From Planctomycetota bacterium (GTDB lineage Bacteria; Planctomycetota; B15-G4; JADJEK01): a stretch of DNA of 64,000 nt. The DNA lies in contig JBGAIQ010000019.1 of NCBI GenBank assembly GCA_044225365.1, positions 32,001 to 96,000 of the forward strand. Reading direction: 5' to 3'. Of this stretch, positions 57,999 through 64,000 are shown one piece after another. The notes beneath the pieces are model-generated. The model was not told the origin of the DNA, made no database searches, and saw only the letters and a program-made list of their open reading frames with translations. Both the position numbers and the translations under genes were made by a program. Position 1 is the stretch's first letter. The number at the start of each line of letters is the position of its first letter.

Positions 57999-59129
57999 TC
58001 ACCGCTGCAGCATCGGCAGGTACTCGTCGGGGACCCGCAGGATGATGCACGCGACCGCGGTCGCGAAGTTGTCGCCGGGACCCACGTCGTTGCACCAGCG
58101 GCCGTCTTCCTGCTGGCGACGCAGCAGATCGGCGGAGATCTTGTCGAAGAACCGTTCGAAACGGCGACCGCCGATCTGGTGCAGCGCCTGCGTCGCGTAG
58201 TAGTTTCCGTACCAGAAGTAGAAGTGGTCCGGGTAGTTCCTCGAGAGACCGTCGTACTCGTCCTCGAGGTACTTCACCGCGGCGCCGAACTGCGATTCGT
58301 CGTAGACGCCGGCGCACAGGAGTGACGTTGCAGCCGCAGCGTTGATCGCGTACGACGACTTCGTCCTCGCCGCCGTCCCGTAGATCTTGTAGTAGAACCC
58401 GCCGGTCTCGTAGCCGTCCTCGATTCGACTCGCTCTCACGTAGTCGAGGACGCGGCGGATCGTCGCGATCGGGACGTGCGCGCCCACGTCGCGTGCGGAT
58501 CGGAGCGCCTGCACCTGGCACACCGTCACCGAGAGATCCGCTTCGGTGGTGAAGGGTGAATAACGCCAGGCGCCGTATTCGTTCTGCGTGTCGGCGATGA
58601 ACTGCGACGCGCGTCGTAGCGTCTCGTGGACGACGGCCTTCTTCGTCTTCGTCATGCCCTCCACCTCGGCGAGGAAGAGCGTGGCGAACGCATGGCTGTA
58701 CATCCGCGTGTCGCTGTCGCTGAGGTAGCCGTATTCGTCGGCGTGCGCGACGACGTAGTCGATCGCGCGATCGAGAACCTTGCCGTAGGTGCCGCGACCG
58801 GGGACGTTCCCTGAAGCGAGGATCGCGAGGCCAGCGAGAGCGGTGACGCCCATGTGGCCGCGATCGTTCGCCTCCTGCGTCTTCGCGGATTCGAAGACGA
58901 GGTAGGAATCCTCCTGCTTGTGACCCACGTCGCCGGACCATGCGCCGCAGGCGAGCTGGTGCTCCGCGAGATACTTGAGGCCGCGTTCGACGGAGGCGTC
59001 GAGTGCGCGGCGATGCGCTTCTTCCGCCACGACCTTGGGATTCGTCGCAGGAGCGGGATCGTCGTTCGCGGCGGGTGGATCCCCGAACACGCAGACGAAC
59101 GAGAGAGCGATGGCGATCCGTGGATCCAT
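57999..59129 (-). CDS. Prenyltransferase/squalene oxidase repeat-containing protein
   Basis: RGLKYLAEHQ..G.W, MYSHAFATLFLAE, Q...GAWRY.P....DLSVT..Q..AL, YYATQA, Q.EDGRW. Confidence 0.82.
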   Translation of the reverse strand: MDPRIAIALSFVCVFGDPPAANDDPAPATNPKVVAEEAHRRALDASVERGLKYLAEHQLACGAWSGDVGHKQEDSYLVFESAKTQEANDRGHMGVTALAGLAILASGNVPGRGTYGKVLDRAIDYVVAHADEYGYLSDSDTRMYSHAFATLFLAEVEGMTKTKKAVVHETLRRASQFIADTQNEYGAWRYSPFTTEADLSVTVCQVQALRSARDVGAHVPIATIRRVLDYVRASRIEDGYETGGFYYKIYGTAARTKSSYAINAAAATSLLCAGVYDESQFGAAVKYLEDEYDGLSRNYPDHFYFWYGNYYATQALHQIGGRRFERFFDKISADLLRRQQEDGRWCNDVGPGDNFATAVACIILRVPDEYLPMLQR

Positions 59130-59184
59130 CGCGCGCGATGTTACTCCATTCGCACGTGTCGACGTCGCAGGATTCGGTTCGCCG

Positions 59185-61323
59185 TCAATGCGTCGCGCTG
59201 CGGGCGATCTCCTGCGCCGCACCACCGATCGCAGAGGCCTTCAAGTCGTCGTGATGCAGCGATAGCGCCCAATCGGCGACCGCGAACGCGGATTCCTTCG
59301 GATCGCGGATCCGACACGCCGCGAGTTCGGCGGCGGCGCTCGCGCCGTACGGTGAGTCGGTGTGCGTGATCCCGTCGAAGAGCGCCCGGGCTTCGCTCGC
59401 GCGGTCCTGGCGTGCGCGCGCCGCGGCGAGCGCGTAGTCGGCCGCCGTCCGCATCGATTCGAACGTGATCTGTTTGCGGAGTTCGTCGGCATCATCGATC
59501 CGCGACAGAGCAATCTCCGCCTCGGCGAATTGCCAGAGCGCGACGCCGCCGCGCATCGTCGATCCGAGGAGGCCGCCATCGAAGGCGGCGAGCTTCGCCT
59601 TGCGGTGGATCTCGGTGTTTCCCGCTTCGGCGGCGCGCCAAGCGAGCCAGGAGAGAGCGATCTCTCCGAAGTCGCGAAGGTTCGGATCGTGCACGAGGAG
59701 CAGGGCCTTCGCGAGTGATTCGTCGAATCGTTTCAGATCCGCGAGATAGATCGCTTCGGGGAGGCTCGACAGGTCCTTCGCCGAGGCAACGATCTCGAGC
59801 GCGCTTCGCATCAAGTCCTTCGAACGCGTCGAGTCGGAGATCGACTCCGCGAGGGCCGCGAGGCGGGCGTATCGAAGCACCGAGTCGGCATCCTTCGGGA
59901 CCACCGACAGCGCCTCCGCGGTGGCCTCGAGGGTCGCCGTCACGTCCGCACTCGGGTCGAACCGAACCTGCGCGCGTGCAATCGAGATCAAGAAGTCGGA
60001 GGCGGCGCGAGGGTTCGGCAAGCGAAGCGCGTCCCGATAGGCCTCGAGGAGCAGAGGGCGGGGCGACAACGGCGCAGGTGACTTGCAATCACGCTCCGCG
60101 AGCGCGAGCATTGTGCGCAGTCGATCGGCGATCTCGATCCTGGGCTCGCCGTGGATCGTCTTGTCGAAGAGGTCCGTCCAGAACTCCGGGCAGGAGCGCG
60201 CCAAGGAATCGAATCGATCGCGCGCCGCGGGATCGCCGTCGCGCGCCGCCTCGAACAGCAGACGGAGCGCCCCTTGGACATCGCGCTTCGACATCGCGCC
60301 TTCGGCCTCCTCGAGCATCTTCGCCGCGCGCGCGGCCCGAGCGGTCCTCGCTTCGTTCGTGGCGCGCTCGAAGATTCCCTTCGCACCGGCGAAGCGGTCC
60401 GCACCAAAGCCCTTCGAGCTCGAGTCGTACTCGCGCGTGGCGGCACCGAGCTCTTCGATCCCCGCTTGCCACGTCTGGGGCGCGAACTGCGCAACGCGCT
60501 CGGCGATCGCAGAGTTCTTCGCCGACTCCGCTTCGAACCGGATGGTGGTCGCCGCGTCGCGCTGGCGCTCGAGGTCCTGGAGCCGAGCGACGACGTCGAG
60601 CGCCTTCCTGAACCGCTCCCCCGCGGCTCGGTATTCGTACTCGCTCCAGAAGTGTTCGCCGGAGTTCACTTCGGCATCCAACTCCTTGAACAGGGTGTCG
60701 AATGCCGGGAGCTTGCCGAGCGACTCGAAGTGCTCGCGATTCGCACGAGCCTCGCGCCGCAGCGGTTCCGCTGCACTCTCGCTGCCGTGGAGCGCGCGCT
60801 TGATGAGGGGCGGGAGAACGATGAGCGCGAGGATGCACGACACGATGAGAACGAGGGTCGTGCGGTCGAGACCCGATCGAGTCGGCGTCGCGGTTGCAGG
60901 TCGTGGGCCTCGCGGCTTCTCGACCTTCGGCTTCTTCTCCCGTTCCGGATCGACGTGACTGCCGCGAACGATCGCGCTGGCGACCGTGGGATCGATCGCG
61001 GGGAGCGCTTCGAGGAGACCGCGGCGCAGGATCTTTGCAGCGCGCTTGATCTCGCCCTGCCCCGGAGACTTGCGATTCGAGTTCGTGGCGTGCACGAGAT
61101 CGTTGCGGACGCCGATTGCGAACATCATGTCGGGCAGCGAAGTGAAGAGCCCCGCATTGCGCTTGATCCGCTCGCTCGGAGATTGCGCACGATCCTCGTT
61201 CCCGGAACGCGGCAACGATGCGAGCGCGAAGTCGATCAGGATCGTGAGATCGATGATTCGGCTCGCAGGATCACTCTGCTGCTCGATCTCGCGCAGGGGT
61301 TTCTTGCCCGGAGGAAGTTCCAT
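59185..61323 (-). CDS. Hypothetical single-TM protein with helical/TPR-like extracytoplasmic region
   Basis: 712-aa ORF with one hydrophobic segment (LVLIVSCILALIVLPPLI) and Ala-rich helical repeats. Confidence 0.55.
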   Translation of the reverse strand: MELPPGKKPLREIEQQSDPASRIIDLTILIDFALASLPRSGNEDRAQSPSERIKRNAGLFTSLPDMMFAIGVRNDLVHATNSNRKSPGQGEIKRAAKILRRGLLEALPAIDPTVASAIVRGSHVDPEREKKPKVEKPRGPRPATATPTRSGLDRTTLVLIVSCILALIVLPPLIKRALHGSESAAEPLRREARANREHFESLGKLPAFDTLFKELDAEVNSGEHFWSEYEYRAAGERFRKALDVVARLQDLERQRDAATTIRFEAESAKNSAIAERVAQFAPQTWQAGIEELGAATREYDSSSKGFGADRFAGAKGIFERATNEARTARAARAAKMLEEAEGAMSKRDVQGALRLLFEAARDGDPAARDRFDSLARSCPEFWTDLFDKTIHGEPRIEIADRLRTMLALAERDCKSPAPLSPRPLLLEAYRDALRLPNPRAASDFLISIARAQVRFDPSADVTATLEATAEALSVVPKDADSVLRYARLAALAESISDSTRSKDLMRSALEIVASAKDLSSLPEAIYLADLKRFDESLAKALLLVHDPNLRDFGEIALSWLAWRAAEAGNTEIHRKAKLAAFDGGLLGSTMRGGVALWQFAEAEIALSRIDDADELRKQITFESMRTAADYALAAARARQDRASEARALFDGITHTDSPYGASAAAELAACRIRDPKESAFAVADWALSLHHDDLKASAIGGAAQEIARSATH

Positions 61324-61461
61324 CCGTCGTCGCGTGCTTCCGTGGAGAGTCCAGTCGTTTCTGCTTCAGGTCGTGGTCCGCTAGACTACCGATCGCGAGC
61401 CCCGAAGAAGAGCGTCCCTACTCGCTGCGGCGCCCTTCTCACGAAGAATCTCATCGGATCG

Positions 61462-61488
61462 GGAACTGCCGGACGATGAGTCGGTCTC
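61462..61488 (+). promoter_or_regulatory. ECF-sigma-type promoter (GGAACT-N16-GTCT), probably autoregulatory
   Basis: Matches the GGAAC..GTC sigmaE-like consensus and ends 17 nt upstream of the sigma factor start. Confidence 0.55.
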
Positions 61489-61505
61489 GCGGGTGACGAA
61501 AGACC

Positions 61506-62168
61506 GTGGACAACGACTTGCGCGAAGCACCTGATTCGCAGGACGGGCTCCCCGACGAGCTACTGCTCCAGAAGAGCCGCAGCGGCGATGTCGCTGCGTT
61601 CGGTGTCCTCGTCGATCGTTACCAGGATCTCGTCTTCCGGGTCGTTCGGAGGACAGCCCGGGTGAACGTCGAGACGGCGGAAGATCTCGCGCAGGACACG
61701 TTCCTTCGGGCCTTCCGCGGCCTGCCGCAGTTTCGCGGTGAGTGTCGTTTCGTCCACTGGTTGCTTCGGATCGCGCACAACGCGGTCATCAATCGAGGGA
61801 CGTCGATGAGCGTTCGATTCGAACAGAAGATGAACTCGATCCACTCCTCACGAACGGGGCACGACGACGACCGCGGGATGGACCCCGTCGATGGACTCGC
61901 CGAGTCGCCTGCCGCCGGCGTCGAACGCGCGGAGCTCAAAGAGGTTCTCGGCCGGGCGCTGGAGCGACTCCCCGACGAGTTCCGCGCGGCGGTCGTGCTG
62001 CGGGACATCGAAGGGCTCGAATACGAGGAGATCTCCCTCATCCTCTCGGTTCCGCTCGGCACCGTGCGATCCCGGATCCATCGGGGCCGCGAAGCGCTGA
62101 AGGACATCGTCGCGCGCGCATTCAAGGGCGCAAGAACCGGCTTCGAGCTGCGGGGGAACGAAGCATGA
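61506..62168 (+). CDS. ECF (RpoE/SigW-like) RNA polymerase sigma factor
   Basis: GD..AF..LV.RYQ, AEDLAQDTF.RA, WL.RIA.N, LP...R..VVLRDIEGL.YEEI......GTVRSRIHRGR. Confidence 0.92.
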   Translation: MDNDLREAPDSQDGLPDELLLQKSRSGDVAAFGVLVDRYQDLVFRVVRRTARVNVETAEDLAQDTFLRAFRGLPQFRGECRFVHWLLRIAHNAVINRGTSMSVRFEQKMNSIHSSRTGHDDDRGMDPVDGLAESPAAGVERAELKEVLGRALERLPDEFRAAVVLRDIEGLEYEEISLILSVPLGTVRSRIHRGREALKDIVARAFKGARTGFELRGNEA

Positions 62169-63706
62169 CGAGATCGGAGCACCCGAGCGATCCACTTCGC
62201 GAGCAGATGCACGACCTGTTGGATGGACGGCTCTCGAACGCCGATGCGGAGAGCGTGCGGGCGAAGATCGCGGCGGACGAGAATCTGACCCGCGAGTACG
62301 GGGAGTTGTCGCAGCTCGTCGACGATCTGTCGGCGCTTCGCGAGGACAGCGCGCCGCATCGCTTGCGCGACTCCGTGATTCGAGCCGTTTCCGCGGAGTC
62401 GACCTCGCGCACGAGAGGCCCACGACGATCCCTCCGCGTCGTCCTTCCCATTGCGGCGGCGGCGCTACTTTCCGCGACGGCGCTCCTGATCCATCGCACG
62501 AGTGCGCCGTCCGCGCCGGAGACGGCGAGAGAGTCCGACATCGCCCGATTGGAGCACAAGGACGAGGACTTCCGGCGCATGGACTCCGAGTCTCGCGACT
62601 CCTCGCGTTCGAACGATTCGGCTCCGCCTGCGCAGCCGGTCGAAGGCGCGAAGTTCACGGGACGCGACGGCGATGTCGCTGAGAAGGCCCCAAAGGAGCG
62701 GGCCACCGGAATCGATGCGAAGCGCGACAGGGGTGATCCTTCTCACGACGAGCCTCGCAGCGCCACGGCGCGAGGCGCGGGCGGGGGCGGGGGAGCCGGG
62801 CCGGTCCTACCCGAGTCCGGGAAAAGTGCATCCGACAAGGACACGAAGTTCGGCGCTCATCCCGGGCAGAAACCCGGCAAGAACAAGTCGGGGGCAGCGA
62901 CCGGGTCACCGGGCGCCGAGATACCTACGGGCGGGATGCCGCCGAAGGCACCGGGCGTCAAGTCGGCGGCGCCCGCCGGAGCCGTCGCTGCGCCCGGGAA
63001 ACCGGAGGAGGCCTCCGCGTCGGACAAGCGCGAGGCCACGGCAGCCGGAGGGGAATTGAAGGCGGTCCGCCCGAACGGCGAGAAAGGCGGAATCGACGGA
63101 TCCACCGCTAGCGCGGGAACCGGAGCCCCGCGACTCTTGCGCCTTCGCGCTACCGCGAATCACACGTCGCCCGAGTCGGCGTCGGCGTCCGACGATCGAC
63201 GGATCGGCGGGCTTCTGAAGACGAAGGACGATCTCGCGAGGGTCATCACGAACGACGCCGAGATCGAACGGGCGATCGCGGCGTTGCCCGAGGCGGCGCG
63301 CGAAGCCGTGGTTGCCGCGCGCAAGCGAGCACCGAATCGTGTTCACCTCGTGTCTCTCACCGAGGCGGAGAGCGATACGTTGATCGCGAACGCGAAGAAG
63401 GCGCACCGGGAAGTCGACGAATTCGTCGCCGGTGAGCCGAAGCGGGACGACGTGTCGAAGCCAACCCTTCTCGACTCGGGCGAGCAGGCCGGCGCACCCG
63501 TCTGGCGTTCGCTCGGAGAGAGCACCAAGAAGAGCGGCGGGGACGCGGGCAGCACGGTGGGGCCAGCGACGGGCGGCGGCAAGAAAGCAGGCGAGACGAA
63601 GGGTCGAGCGGTCGACACCGCGACGAAGGAAGCATCGACTCCCGCGAAGGCCGCCGCATCGACTGCGCCGACACGGAGACTCGTGATCGTGATCGACGAG
63701 TCGTGA
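62165..63706 (+). CDS. Putative anti-sigma factor (N-terminal ASD, TM, long low-complexity extracytoplasmic region)
   Basis: ATGA overlap with the sigma gene; DLLDGRLS anti-sigma-like N-terminus without Zn-binding Cys; single TM. Confidence 0.7.
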   Translation: MTRSEHPSDPLREQMHDLLDGRLSNADAESVRAKIAADENLTREYGELSQLVDDLSALREDSAPHRLRDSVIRAVSAESTSRTRGPRRSLRVVLPIAAAALLSATALLIHRTSAPSAPETARESDIARLEHKDEDFRRMDSESRDSSRSNDSAPPAQPVEGAKFTGRDGDVAEKAPKERATGIDAKRDRGDPSHDEPRSATARGAGGGGGAGPVLPESGKSASDKDTKFGAHPGQKPGKNKSGAATGSPGAEIPTGGMPPKAPGVKSAAPAGAVAAPGKPEEASASDKREATAAGGELKAVRPNGEKGGIDGSTASAGTGAPRLLRLRATANHTSPESASASDDRRIGGLLKTKDDLARVITNDAEIERAIAALPEAAREAVVAARKRAPNRVHLVSLTEAESDTLIANAKKAHREVDEFVAGEPKRDDVSKPTLLDSGEQAGAPVWRSLGESTKKSGGDAGSTVGPATGGGKKAGETKGRAVDTATKEASTPAKAAASTAPTRRLVIVIDES

Positions 63707-63719
63707 CGCGGGATCGACT

Positions 63720-63998
63720 TCAGGGCGAGGGGTCGATCTCGACGGCCGTGCCATAAGCGACGATCTCGGCAGCGCGGCTCGCGACTTCCGCCGTGGCGAA
63801 GCGCACGCCGACGACGGCGTTGGCGCCGAGCTCGCGCGCGTGAGTGCGCATGCGATCGAGCGCCTGCTCGCGCGCCTCCGCGATGATCTTCGTGTACTCG
63901 AGCACTTCGCCGCCGAGCATCCCCGAGAGCGCCGCCGTGAATCGTTTCCGGAGTGGGAGCGCTCGCGTCACGGTCCCCTGGACGAGACCGAGAGTCTT
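63720..63998 (-). CDS. YbjQ/UPF0145 family protein (5' end beyond the window)
   Basis: LGLVQG..GGEV..YT....EAREQAL.RM...A..LGANAVVGVRF..EIVAYGTAV. Confidence 0.88.
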   Translation of the reverse strand, partial: KTLGLVQGTVTRALPLRKRFTAALSGMLGGEVLEYTKIIAEAREQALDRMRTHARELGANAVVGVRFATAEVASRAAEIVAYGTAVEIDPSP

Positions 63999-64000
63999 CT

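Overview
High-GC bacterial chromosomal window, most likely from a Planctomycetota/PVC lineage. This is inferred from a dcw cluster that contains a LysM gene but no ftsQ/ftsA/ftsZ, plus FG-GAP, VIT-vWA and prenyltransferase-repeat proteins. The most striking element is a compact putative RiPP biosynthetic locus at about 7.6-15.6 kb. It comprises a divergent TauD-type dioxygenase, a GAF protein, an S8 peptidase, a methyltransferase, a radical SAM/SPASM enzyme, a Gly-rich precursor whose 36-aa C-terminal core has eight W-x-N motifs and four Cys, a second small protein sharing the precursor's N-terminal motif, a DUF692/MNIO enzyme with a fused helical C-terminal domain, and an ABC exporter. Also present: lexA with a GTTC-N7-GTTC candidate operator; a Mo-bisPGD oxidoreductase with a 4Fe-4S/NrfD fusion partner; dnaE; the mraZ-to-murB dcw cluster with a ~150-nt 6S-RNA-like rod hairpin between murF and mraY; recJ; selA and a UGA-containing (selenocysteine) selD; an S1-domain protein; an ECF sigma/anti-sigma pair; and a family of REP-like palindromes found between convergent genes. 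All product calls come from motif recognition by eye; no database searches were run.
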